In this document: in pieces, positions 10,888-19,805 of the stretch | Layout: every line of letters starts with the position of its first letter | Numbering within the stretch: position 1 is the first letter of the stretch | Assembly (NCBI GenBank): GCA_964512925.1 | Contig: CAZEKH010000003.1 | Coordinates: 80,772 to 144,771, forward strand | DNA length: 64,000 nt | Reading direction: 5' to 3' | DNA from: an uncultured Candidatus Saccharibacteria bacterium | GTDB lineage: Bacteria; Patescibacteriota; Doudnabacteria; UBA920 | The notes under the pieces: generated by a model | Seen by the model: the letters and a program-made list of their open reading frames with translations, nothing else | Database searches by the model: none | What the model was told of the DNA's origin: nothing | Position numbers and translations under genes: made by a program

Positions 10888-10995
10888 AATTGAATGTCCT
10901 TTTATTTTGCGTTTGCCGAATATACGACAAACTTAATATAATGGAATTTTTAATTTTCTATATTATACTATACGGATTAAAATATAAATAGTTAC

Positions 10996-11027
10996 AAAAC
11001 CACCACCCTTTTCGGGTGGTGGTTTTT
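10996..11027 (-). terminator. host terminator, originally downstream of rpsI and displaced by the prophage
   Basis: AAAACCACCACCC-GAAAA-GGGTGGTGGTTTT about 70 nt past the displaced rpsI stop. Confidence 0.8.
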
Positions 11028-11100
11028 GAGCTGTGTAATTTGTTTCTATCAGTGTTCCACCTTGCCAAGCAATGCGTGGCAGGTCTGAGGACAATTATCT

Positions 11101-11112
11101 CTTCGCCCACTG
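11101..11112. repeat. prophage att core, left copy, followed by the original rpsI 3' end
   Basis: CTTCGCCCACTG is identical to 42548-42559; minus strand reads CAG TGG GCG AAG AGA TAA (QWAKR*). Confidence 0.9.
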
Positions 11113-11215
11113 AAAGGGGCTTCAAGCATTTTTCAGGCCGTATAAGTCAATTTTTGGCTTTCCAGCAAGTTTCGTATATTTGGCTGTAAAAGTGCCTTTT
11201 TTACCTTACATATAC

Positions 11216-11244
11216 AGTATATATGAAGCCTTAACACTTGTCAA
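11216..11244 (-). promoter_or_regulatory. near-consensus sigma70 promoter facing out of the prophage across att
   Basis: TTGACA-17 nt-TATACT; TTATCCACA at 11251-11259. Confidence 0.75.
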
Positions 11245-11453
11245 CTGGACTTATCCACAAGCATTAACATTTATATAATTCTTTGTTCTCTTGGAATAAT
11301 TGCACACATCTTGGTCTTGAAATTTTGTAAAATTGCGCAAGTTGCCCCCAAGTCCATAACTTAGGATTTTTCAAACGCTTTTTGACCAATTCTTTATTTC
11401 GTTTTTCATTTTTTGGATACATAGAAATATAATAACTCTGTGTTAAGCCTTTG

Positions 11454-12398
11454 TCAAATTTTTTTATTTAAAATTTTATGCCTTATCAAAACCTTAGACA
11501 TTCCATAGGTTAATTCCACCGGATCGGAAAAACCTTTTTTCTCAAATATGCGCCGGTGCTCATCTTGGCTCCGCTCTTTAGTCCAAGCCGTATAGTGCCT
11601 AAGTGTTGTCCTTTCGCTTTCGTGTCTGCATAGGTTTTGTACTGTTTTAATATCAGCCCCGCCCCTCAAAAGTTCCGTTGCAAATGTTGACCTAAAAATA
11701 TGTGGGTGTATTCTTTTGGTTATGCCCGCCCGCCTCATAGCCGTATGTATTGACCGCCGTATATTGCAAGGCTTAGCCCGGCGCCCGGTAAAACTTACAA
11801 AAAGAGGCTCAAAATTATCATTGCGCATTTCCAAATAACGCCTAACCCAGCTTAAACTTTCATCAGTAAAATAGATTTTACCTTCGGAATAAGGCGCTTT
11901 TCCGCTTTTTATTTTAGCCTCTTTTTTATACCAATCAATTGTTGATCTGTCTAAACCCAAAGCCTCCCCTATCCTCATACCAGTACACCGTAAAACCTCA
12001 ACCAGCGCCCGATCCCTAAGCCCTACGATCCAATTAGTATCAAAAGCATTTTGTACTCTTTCCCATTCTTCCGGGTCTAAAAATTCAATCATTTTTTTAG
12101 GCTCTTTAGGTAACCTTATATCCCGCCAATCAAAATCTAGTTTATATCCGGACTGTTTTATATACCATAACAACTGCCGAAAAACTACGCCCGCCCTAAG
12201 TGGTCCATATTTGCCGTGGTTCCGTGCTTCCTCATAGCACAAAGCAACATCGGTCATTTTCAGGTTTTTTATATCCTTTTCGCCTACTCGCGAAAAAGCA
12301 TTTTCAAATTGTTTTTTATAATCATACAAAGTTTTTGGGTTTAAACCGAGCTTTTGCTTATGCTCAATAAGTCCATTAAAAAAATCTTTTAGCTTCAT
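11454..12398 (-). CDS. tyrosine recombinase / phage integrase
   Basis: TGMRIGEA, HPHIFRSTFAT, LCRH, TTLRHY catalytic motifs; adjacent to att; likely ATG at 12398. Confidence 0.93.
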   Translation of the reverse strand: MKLKDFFNGLIEHKQKLGLNPKTLYDYKKQFENAFSRVGEKDIKNLKMTDVALCYEEARNHGKYGPLRAGVVFRQLLWYIKQSGYKLDFDWRDIRLPKEPKKMIEFLDPEEWERVQNAFDTNWIVGLRDRALVEVLRCTGMRIGEALGLDRSTIDWYKKEAKIKSGKAPYSEGKIYFTDESLSWVRRYLEMRNDNFEPLFVSFTGRRAKPCNIRRSIHTAMRRAGITKRIHPHIFRSTFATELLRGGADIKTVQNLCRHESERTTLRHYTAWTKERSQDEHRRIFEKKGFSDPVELTYGMSKVLIRHKILNKKI

Positions 12399-12402
12399 AA
12401 AA

Positions 12403-12434
12403 TGACAAAGACCCACTGACGCGAATCAGTGGGT
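12403..12434 (-). terminator. terminator-like hairpin immediately upstream of the integrase ATG
   Basis: ACCCACTGA-TTCGCG-TCAGTGGGT followed by CTTTGTCATTTT. Confidence 0.6.
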
Positions 12435-12630
12435 TTATTTGCCCGTTCCAGCTTGCACCTTGCGGCGTTTGGCTGGGCGTTTAGGTTTTTGTTTCAAAAA
12501 CCCCGACAAGTTTCCCTGTCTTTTTAATTATACCAAATTAAAAAACAAGGATAAACCCTATTGTTCGCGTCAACCGCGTATTTGCGGCAAGCCTGTAAAG
12601 GCCAATAGGTATATTAATTTATAACTTTGT

Positions 12631-12658
12631 ATTATAGGCTTATACACAACTTTGTCAA
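12631..12658 (-). promoter_or_regulatory. sigma70 promoter upstream of integrase
   Basis: TTGACA-16 nt-TATAAT with a DnaA-box-like TTATACACA in the spacer. Confidence 0.7.
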
Positions 12659-12685
12659 GAAAAACCCCGTATAACGCCACGGGGT
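12659..12685 (-). terminator. terminator after the zinc-finger cassette
   Basis: ACCCCGT-loop-ACGGGGT followed by a T tract. Confidence 0.6.
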
Positions 12686-12713
12686 AACGGCGTAGATATT
12701 GGATCACCCCCTC

Positions 12714-12893
12714 TCACTGCGTGTATTGGCTGAAATTCGGGCTGTATAAGCCCTCCTCTCTATGGACTCGGACAGTGGGTTTCGGGTTTAGGCAGGTACG
12801 GTGGTAGTCCTGCCCCTCAATGTTTCGGCGGTTGGGGTCGTGCGGAGCTACTTTGATGTGGCAGATTGCGCAGTGGTCTGGCAGATTGGTCAT
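12714..12893 (-). CDS. 59-aa putative zinc-finger protein
   Basis: Manual translation MTNLPDHCAICHIKVAPHDPNRRNIEGQDYHRTCLNPK...; CxxC...HxxC; ATGA overlap with the upstream ORF. Confidence 0.6.
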   Translation of the reverse strand: MTNLPDHCAICHIKVAPHDPNRRNIEGQDYHRTCLNPKPTVRVHREEGLYSPNFSQYTQ

Positions 12894-13159
12894 TCTTTAC
12901 CTTCGTCTTTCAGGCCAGAGATATGGGCTGTGGCCAAGAATTTTCGGTCGTATTCGGTCATTTCGGGTTCGGGTGGTTTGGGTGCCATTTTCGCCAAATT
13001 TTCAAACGGGGCGATGACTGCGATCTGTTGGTAGCACCTTGGGCATTTCCACTCAAACCGCATTTCTAGGTTATCGGTTACGCCGACTTCATCAACTTGG
13101 TTGACTCGGTGCTGGCAATTTTGACAAGCGAAGCCCATAACAGTATATCTGGTGGACAT
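12890..13159 (-). CDS. small zinc-ribbon protein
   Basis: CQNC...CPRC; GGAGG upstream of ATG. Confidence 0.7.
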   Translation of the reverse strand: MSTRYTVMGFACQNCQHRVNQVDEVGVTDNLEMRFEWKCPRCYQQIAVIAPFENLAKMAPKPPEPEMTEYDRKFLATAHISGLKDEGKE

Positions 13160-13299
13160 TTTTGTGCCTCCGGCCGTATGGCATTGTTGGGTTGGTGTTT
13201 AAGACAAATTTTGGCAAGCACCGCATCACTCTGGACGAATTGGTGCGTGGTAACTGACCCGCAAAACTGGCAAAAACTGCCTTGATATCCAATTAGCAT
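13078..13299 (-). CDS. small Cys/His protein
   Basis: CQFC...H...CLKH; GGAGG upstream of ATG; overlaps the next ORF by 82 nt. Confidence 0.5.
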   Translation of the reverse strand: MLIGYQGSFCQFCGSVTTHQFVQSDAVLAKICLKHQPNNAIRPEAQKCPPDILLWASLVKIASTESTKLMKSA

Positions 13300-13421
13300 T
13301 TATCCTCCAAATTTAATGTAGACGGCCAAATTGCCCGCTTTTTTTATTTTGGTTTTTTGTAAAAAAAACAGACAGGTTATTTGATCGGGATTTAGCCGCC
13401 CCCATTAAAAAATAAACCAGC

Positions 13422-13706
13422 CTAAGCCGGTTTATTTGAATTATCGGTTATGTATTTACGGACAAAGTTAATTAAAGCACTCCAACCAACCCAAACCAAC
13501 GGCGTGAGATTATAGCTTCCGGCCGAAAAGAAAAACGCCCCGATACTAAAAGCATTCCAGTGTAAGGTAAAATCAGCACCAGTTAGTTGTGTTGTAATTT
13601 GTGTTGCAACAGCTCCACCCATTGCAATTAAAAGTCCACGTAAAACGCTTTTAACTTCGTTTGTGTTAATACTAAAATTTTCTGATCCTAAAGGAAATTT
13701 AGCCAT
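13422..13706 (-). CDS. holin-like membrane protein
   Basis: Hydrophobic helices; ALINFVRKYI tail; lies in the lysis module. Confidence 0.6.
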   Translation of the reverse strand: MAKFPLGSENFSINTNEVKSVLRGLLIAMGGAVATQITTQLTGADFTLHWNAFSIGAFFFSAGSYNLTPLVWVGWSALINFVRKYITDNSNKPA

Positions 13707-13710
13707 ATAT

Positions 13711-13812
13711 TTAGTAAGCTATTTTAATTTTGAAAAAATAATTTAAGTAAGCTGCGATTATTAGACAGAGGTAATATATAAGTATTAAACCTGCGCAAGC
13801 CGCGGCAAACAT
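13711..13812 (-). CDS. 33-aa hydrophobic peptide in the lysis module
   Basis: MFAAACAGLILIYYLCLIIAAYLNYFFKIKIAY fills the gap between neighbouring genes. Confidence 0.4.
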   Translation of the reverse strand: MFAAACAGLILIYYLCLIIAAYLNYFFKIKIAY

Positions 13813-13819
13813 TAAAATT

Positions 13820-14704
13820 TTAAGCATTTGTAACTGGCAAATTTATTGTTGGTTCATCACCTTTAAATTCAAATGCCTGTTTTAAGTTTTCCAAGGCATT
13901 CATATCTTTTGCAAACCCGCCACCGAAAGTAAAACCCTCGGTCACGAGTACGCCAATTTTGTCGCCTTGTTTTATAAAAAATCTATTGACCATTATATCC
14001 TTCCAGTTTTCAGGCAAATCCCGAAAACTTTTTACCCCGGTTAGTGGATAATCGGGATTTAATTTTTTAAATTCTCGACCGATTGAATCTTGAATATACA
14101 TATAACCCAAAGCATCAATGTAGTACAGAGTTACGGCGTGGTACGCTTCTATTTTGCTTGGAGTTTGAACCATACCCTCTTTTTCCCAATTTCCGTCAAT
14201 GCCGACCGCTATTTGTAGTGGGCTATGATCTAGTGCGTCTACCATTGCCGCCCTGCCATAAACCCAGCTATGATTTCCGCCCTTATACACCTTTTGCCCG
14301 GTATTGTTTGGCAAATCAAAAATTTTCTTCCAAATAACATCGCCCCCATACTTGACCATTTCTTCGGTAAATGGACAGTCTTGTTCTTTTCTAACCCCAA
14401 CCTTTCGGAAAAATTCCGAAACCGGCTCCATGCTGTTACCTGTGATTGTTGTACCAGATATTACACCCAACTCTCTGTCAGAAAAATTTATATCAATTCC
14501 TTGTTTTTTACCTACCGCCTCGGCACAATTTAAGCGCGAAAAAGAAACACAAAACGGAATCCAGTATTGCCTCTCACGAGCGGGTAAAAATTTAATCCAA
14601 TTAAAACTTTCGCGCACTTCCCCGGCCCCGACGTTAAAAATTAGATCATATACCGCTGATCCGGGTTTTATACTTTCTGGTATGTAGCCGTATGGTTTAT
14701 ACAT
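13820..14704 (-). CDS. putative endolysin, papain-like cysteine peptidase
   Basis: Q-x5-C (QYWIPFCVSFS), YHAVT, QDS pattern; flanked by holin-like genes. Confidence 0.65.
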   Translation of the reverse strand: MYKPYGYIPESIKPGSAVYDLIFNVGAGEVRESFNWIKFLPARERQYWIPFCVSFSRLNCAEAVGKKQGIDINFSDRELGVISGTTITGNSMEPVSEFFRKVGVRKEQDCPFTEEMVKYGGDVIWKKIFDLPNNTGQKVYKGGNHSWVYGRAAMVDALDHSPLQIAVGIDGNWEKEGMVQTPSKIEAYHAVTLYYIDALGYMYIQDSIGREFKKLNPDYPLTGVKSFRDLPENWKDIMVNRFFIKQGDKIGVLVTEGFTFGGGFAKDMNALENLKQAFEFKGDEPTINLPVTNA

Positions 14705-14705
14705 A

Positions 14706-15011
14706 TTATTTTAGAATTTTTTTAATCCAAATTTGTAAAATTCCAGTTGTTTCAATGCCTAACCACCCGCCAGTTCCAGCAACTGACAAAGTTAAATACT
14801 CATTAGTCCCAAATAAGCTCACCGCAATAAATCCAGTTATAATTCCAAAAAAAGAGGACATAACACTTAAAGCTATAAAATCTAAAAAACCTTTACTTTC
14901 GCCTGTTCTGTGTTTATTTATTGCGTTTGCTAAGCCGCCTATAAGAGCCACTAATCCGTGCTTATAAGCTATTGTTTCCGAAACAATTTTTGATGATTCT
15001 AAGTCTGGCAT
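14706..15011 (-). CDS. phage holin (LydA-like)
   Basis: Three TM segments, ALIGGLAN and GTGGWLG; directly upstream of the lysin. Confidence 0.7.
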   Translation of the reverse strand: MPDLESSKIVSETIAYKHGLVALIGGLANAINKHRTGESKGFLDFIALSVMSSFFGIITGFIAVSLFGTNEYLTLSVAGTGGWLGIETTGILQIWIKKILK

Positions 15012-15054
15012 TTTTTCTCCTAAACTTTTTTTATTTTAAAAAAGTGTTTAATTT

Positions 15055-15750
15055 TTAAATTTCTGAAATAACCGTAAAATTTACTCCTACTCCGCCGCCG
15101 CCAATTGTCCAAGTTAAAATAACATTGGTAGAATCAACGCTGATCGTTGCTATATTGTAAGTTCCGGTTCCTGCTTGGATATAAATAATATATGTGGTAT
15201 CAGTAGCCGATCCCGATGATCCGCTAGTCTGATAATATGAGGTTGCAGTAGAAGACCCATTGTATACTCCGATAGACATCACCCCAGCCGTTCCTCCATA
15301 CGCATAAATTGTTACTTTTTTGGGTATTGCTCCTAAGTTGTGGGCTATATTTTGAGTTCCACCCGAGCCGGCTGCCCTGCTGGATGTAACAACGGTAGTT
15401 ATTGGCTGGCGGTAACTGTCTAAAATAAAATCTGTCCCATCATAGTAAACCTGAACAATTTGCCCCGCCACAATATCGCCGGTTAGCAAATCATATTTTG
15501 TTGACCCAACATATTTTTTTATAGTTTTAACCCCAAGAGAATTTACATTCAAAGTCGCGGCGCCGGTATTTCCTACATCCGCTTTAAATCTAAAAACATC
15601 CCCGGTTGTTAAACTTCCAGGCGTTGGGGTAATGGTTACAACATAACTATCGTTGCCGGTAGACGATGCCGCATATCCTCCCGCCACTTGGACTATTCCG
15701 TTTAGGTCAGCCGCCGGCAAATTATTTCCTGCGCTATAAATTTTAGGCAT
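15055..15750 (-). CDS. tail fibre / receptor-binding-like protein
   Basis: NTGAATLNVNSLGVKTIKK...GDIVAGQIV module; G/S/T-rich; last gene of the tail module. Confidence 0.7.
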   Translation of the reverse strand: MPKIYSAGNNLPAADLNGIVQVAGGYAASSTGNDSYVVTITPTPGSLTTGDVFRFKADVGNTGAATLNVNSLGVKTIKKYVGSTKYDLLTGDIVAGQIVQVYYDGTDFILDSYRQPITTVVTSSRAAGSGGTQNIAHNLGAIPKKVTIYAYGGTAGVMSIGVYNGSSTATSYYQTSGSSGSATDTTYIIYIQAGTGTYNIATISVDSTNVILTWTIGGGGVGVNFTVISEI

Positions 15751-15759
15751 AAAATTAAA

Positions 15760-16317
15760 TTAGTTAATTGTGTATTGGCACGAAACAAACAAGCTTTGCA
15801 CGCTAGATTTTACCCAGCCGCCGGTTGCGATATAACTAAAAAGTTGACCAGTGTTTGCCCCGGCTGATCCGTCAATAAAATTTCCAAACTCGGTAAAAGT
15901 TCCGCTGGTATCGGTGGAAGCATAGAAAAAGTCTATATAAGCGATGTTAGACGAGTATGTTGCGCTACTATTGAGTTTTCTGTATGTTTCCGTTCCCAAC
16001 TGTGTCGCGCCATTGACTATTGACGGGCTGGCCTGCGTTCCCAGCGCACCATAGTTTATTGCACCAGTATAGGTAGTATTTCCAGCCAGCCGGCGGGCTA
16101 AAACATTGCGTCCGGCGGTAACTACAATGTTATGTTTTTCCCAAACTTCGCCCAGCAAAACACCCTTTTCCCGCAAATACTTATAAATCAATTTGTCATT
16201 ATTTCGGATCGCCTGCCTAAGTAGATCCAAATACTTTGACCCCTCTTTAACCCACCCGGCTAAAGTGAATTTTCGGATGTTAACTTTAACCCCTAAATCA
16301 GATTTAACATTTTTCAT
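15760..16317 (-). CDS. tail/baseplate protein
   Basis: HNIVVTAGRN...ALGT...TQLGTETYRK...TEFG, resembling fibre-attachment domains. Confidence 0.65.
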   Translation of the reverse strand: MKNVKSDLGVKVNIRKFTLAGWVKEGSKYLDLLRQAIRNNDKLIYKYLREKGVLLGEVWEKHNIVVTAGRNVLARRLAGNTTYTGAINYGALGTQASPSIVNGATQLGTETYRKLNSSATYSSNIAYIDFFYASTDTSGTFTEFGNFIDGSAGANTGQLFSYIATGGWVKSSVQSLFVSCQYTIN

Positions 16318-16324
16318 ATTGTTA

Positions 16325-17827
16325 TTAAGTTAATTTAAAATTTCTGTCTAAAAATCCCTCTCTTTTAGTGTCTAAAATACTGCTCGGAAAATATGGGGCC
16401 AAAACCCAGCTCGGTTCTACCCCCGCGCCCAAGGGATCTTTTTGGATGTTCTCTGTAATTGTTATGGTTATATTATCTGTTACTGCCGTGCCAACTGTAA
16501 TACTTTCAGTTATAGTTATGGTTGCGATGTCGGTTTTTATAGTTTCCGTGGTTTCCGAATCTGCGGACTTTAAATCTGTTGGCTGTAAAATACTTTGTAA
16601 TAACTCCGTTAAATCATATTTTTTTGTGGTAACCAATTGTACGCTATAAACATAGGTATCGGGTTTTAAAGGTTTAAACTTTACCGCACGAATTATAAAG
16701 TCTGTGTTTGTAGTTCGCCTGCTGCTGTTTAAATTTATAACCATCCCTGCCCTGAGTCCTGATGTATAAGTATCAAAGTTAGCTTCGGTTTGCTGGTCTT
16801 TATAGGCGGATAATTCCCCAACCGCTCTTTTTCTGGCAGTGGCTAAATCTTCAATGCTTGAATCCTCAATTAGTTTTTCTTTAACCCCATAAGTTGCAAT
16901 AGAAGCCGGATCGCTGGCAACCGCTAAAACTCTAACTTTTGGATTTCCGCTAAACTTTATTTTGTTGCCGTCAGCAAGCGCCGAGGCAAATTTAATGGTC
17001 TGATCATTGTAGTTATATAAAACATCGTGTGTAGTAAAATCATTTATGAAGTCAACACCAACGGTTTTTGAAACATAACCGGCGCCAGTATCCAGCTGAA
17101 CGGTTAAGTTTGAAAATTTATAAGGCAGTTTAAAAGTTGCCTGGGTGTTTCCATTGACCGTAATAATGTCTTGGTAAGAACTGGCTTCATATTCTCCGCC
17201 CCTAACCTTAACTTGGTTTGCAATTTGTGAACCGTCAATTTTTCTTTCTAGAGAATTAATAATATAATTTCCGCTCGTATCGGTTAAATTAAATGGTGCG
17301 GTATTGGTATACTTGCTAAAAAAATGGAGGTCTTTGTCCGGGTCTACATACCAGTCAAACTTAACCATGTCCGCAAGTCTTTTTAAACACTGGCTAATTG
17401 CAACTTGGTTAAAAACCACTTTACCTATCACAATTGGGCAATCAACATTTGTACCCGTAAAACCCGTAGCGAAGTTTGTTAGAATGTCGGCAATAATAGC
17501 ATTAACGGTCATGCCGGAATAACTTTGAGAAACTAACAAAGAATCTAAGTCGAAAGAATAATCTGCGCAATCAACTGTGTATACAATTCCATCTGCTCCA
17601 TTTAAAAACTTTTCGGAAATTCTTACAATTCTTCCGCCAAAAATTTTACTAGAACCGTCATATACCAAAACAGTATCTAGTACAGCCGGCACATAACTTC
17701 TTGATCCATATTTTCTATAACTAAATTTAGAAGTGTCGCGTTGCGCACCTAAAATTTGTTGGACTTCTAAACTGCCCTTGTCGAGCAGACTAGTTCTGTC
17801 AGTTCCATTAATAACAACTTGGATCAT
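16325..17827 (-). CDS. minor tail / hub protein
   Basis: Follows the tape measure gene; WYVDPDKDLHFF, NQVKVRGG, SIATYG hub-like motifs. Confidence 0.75.
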   Translation of the reverse strand: MIQVVINGTDRTSLLDKGSLEVQQILGAQRDTSKFSYRKYGSRSYVPAVLDTVLVYDGSSKIFGGRIVRISEKFLNGADGIVYTVDCADYSFDLDSLLVSQSYSGMTVNAIIADILTNFATGFTGTNVDCPIVIGKVVFNQVAISQCLKRLADMVKFDWYVDPDKDLHFFSKYTNTAPFNLTDTSGNYIINSLERKIDGSQIANQVKVRGGEYEASSYQDIITVNGNTQATFKLPYKFSNLTVQLDTGAGYVSKTVGVDFINDFTTHDVLYNYNDQTIKFASALADGNKIKFSGNPKVRVLAVASDPASIATYGVKEKLIEDSSIEDLATARKRAVGELSAYKDQQTEANFDTYTSGLRAGMVINLNSSRRTTNTDFIIRAVKFKPLKPDTYVYSVQLVTTKKYDLTELLQSILQPTDLKSADSETTETIKTDIATITITESITVGTAVTDNITITITENIQKDPLGAGVEPSWVLAPYFPSSILDTKREGFLDRNFKLT

Positions 17828-17830
17828 AAA

Positions 17831-19276
17831 TTAAAAGCTATATTTGCCGTTTAAACTTAACTTTGACATTATTGCCTCTTCAACTTTTTGCACTAACTCG
17901 TTACCGGAAATATCGCCGTAAACATTTACCACGACACTACTACCCGCATTATTTCCACCCAAAGACCCTGGGTTTTTTGTGGCTATTATAAAATCATCTG
18001 GGTGTGTAGTTATTATTTGTCCATTCTGAATAACTCCGTCATTAACACCCAAGAAATTTTTTGCCGAACTAAAACCACTTCCAATCGCCCCACCTACAGC
18101 ATTTATACCTCCCTTTAATTTATCGAGCGCATTAAATAATGGTTGTAATTTTTCATTAATCCAATCAATCGCTTTTTTAAATATATCCTTTATTCCTTCC
18201 CAAACATCAAAAAAGTATTGTTTTATTGCATTCCATTTTTCAGTAATTATTATTCTAATACCATCAAAAGTTTGATAAAAAAAGTCTTTTATTTTTGTCC
18301 AAATTTGAACGGCCTTTTGGGATATAATATCCCAGTTCATATACAACGCCACACCTATAGCAATCAAAGCTGTAATGGCAAGTATTACAAGACCAATGGG
18401 GCTAAGAAGTAATCCAATAGCTGCAATTAATCCGGGTAAAATTATTAAAAGTGGACCAACGACAACCAAAAAACCACCGAGAGCAGCTGCAACAATTATT
18501 ATTTGTTCGGTTAACTTTGGATTTTTGTCCATCCAGTCTGATAATCTATCTAACAGTGGTAATAGATGATTATTGACCAGTTTGGTCAAATGGGGATTTA
18601 ATACATTACCAATTTTTTCTCCCAAATCTCCCAATGTTTCATTTAAGATTTTGAGTTGCCCAGTTGGTGTTTTTCCGACTGCTTCAGCCAACCCGCCAAA
18701 CTGACCTTTTAAAGCCTCAATTGCCATAGCCGATCTTTCACTTTGGCTCATGTGTTTTAAAGTTTCGTCGCTAACTAATTTTAAATCCGGGACCAACCTT
18801 TTTAGTGCATCAACCTCACCTAAATATGCCAAAGACAAAACCCTTGTCGCAGCCTCGGCGTTCATTTTTCCACTAGTTTCTATATCTAATGCCAGACTAG
18901 CTAATTCTGTGGCTTTTGTAACATCCTTAACTGTTGGCAACATTAAACCCACAATTTTAGAAGAATACTCATCGGAAATACCCGTTAGTCTTTGAGTTTT
19001 GCTAGAAAATTCTTCAATTGATCTTTTAGTTTTATCAAAATCCAAACCGCTCAGTCTAATTTGTTGTCCTACTTTAGCCCATGCTTCATCGCTGTCTGCG
19101 GCGGCTTTCATTGAAAAACCTAAAGCAGCTACAATTCCACCACCAACTATCGTCGCAGCTTTACCAACCTGATTAAATTGGTCTTCCATTGACTTAATAC
19201 TTGATCCAATTTTTGATATGCTTCCTGTAGCGTTATCAATAGCATTTATTACAATTTGTAATACCGTATTAGACAT
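17831..19276 (-). CDS. tape measure protein
   Basis: LQIVINAIDNAT N-terminus, helical body, TM stretch, W/F-spaced repeats; follows the tail chaperone. Confidence 0.88.
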   Translation of the reverse strand: MSNTVLQIVINAIDNATGSISKIGSSIKSMEDQFNQVGKAATIVGGGIVAALGFSMKAAADSDEAWAKVGQQIRLSGLDFDKTKRSIEEFSSKTQRLTGISDEYSSKIVGLMLPTVKDVTKATELASLALDIETSGKMNAEAATRVLSLAYLGEVDALKRLVPDLKLVSDETLKHMSQSERSAMAIEALKGQFGGLAEAVGKTPTGQLKILNETLGDLGEKIGNVLNPHLTKLVNNHLLPLLDRLSDWMDKNPKLTEQIIIVAAALGGFLVVVGPLLIILPGLIAAIGLLLSPIGLVILAITALIAIGVALYMNWDIISQKAVQIWTKIKDFFYQTFDGIRIIITEKWNAIKQYFFDVWEGIKDIFKKAIDWINEKLQPLFNALDKLKGGINAVGGAIGSGFSSAKNFLGVNDGVIQNGQIITTHPDDFIIATKNPGSLGGNNAGSSVVVNVYGDISGNELVQKVEEAIMSKLSLNGKYSF

Positions 19277-19726
19277 ATTTTTTATTTGCCTTTTTTAATT
19301 CGTCAGCCTGATTTTTAAGCCTGTTAGCTATAGCCACAATAAAGTCCCAGCGTTGATCTAAATACTCCTGTTCAGTCCAGCCCATCTCCAAACAAATTGC
19401 AACTTTAAAGTCTTCTATTAGGTCTACAGGCTCTTGTCTAAAAAACTTTTTGTTAAATCTAATTCGGAAAAAATGCTATTAATATCAGCTATGTCTATTT
19501 TTCCGACATTCTCAAGACTAACGGGTAAAACATTTCCAGCTTCGTCTTGCAAATTCCATTCCTTAATAATTTTAGTTAGCATTAAAAGTAATTTAGGCTT
19601 GCCGGTTGTTTCACTAAATACATCTATATCGGCGGCTAAAAGACCGTTATAAACTTGTATTACTCCCCCTTCAATACTCTTAAGCTTAATTTCTATTATT
19701 TTTCGTGTGTCTTTTAAAATTGGCAT
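19269..19726 (-). CDS. tail assembly chaperone G (stop 19424) and GT by -1 frameshift (stop 19269)
   Basis: IKEWNLQDEAGNVLPV motif; slippery T TTT TTA at 19439-19445 opens RQEPVDLIEDFKVAICLEMGWTEQEYLDQRWDF... Confidence 0.8.
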
Positions 19727-19749
19727 TTTGTTATTTTTTCCCTTACCAC

Positions 19750-19778
19750 TTGACATAATTAGTTAATTGTTGTATAGT
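19750..19778 (+). promoter_or_regulatory. moron promoter
   Basis: TTGACA-17 nt-TATAGT, 27 nt before the ATG at 19806. Confidence 0.75.
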
Positions 19779-19805
19779 GGTCATATTAATAATTAGATTT
19801 TAAAT

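Noticed and set aside
11049-11129. Short ORF spanning att (MLEAPFSGR...) whose C-terminus would change on excision
   Set aside because: Only 19-26 codons with no RBS or motif; not supportable without translation data.
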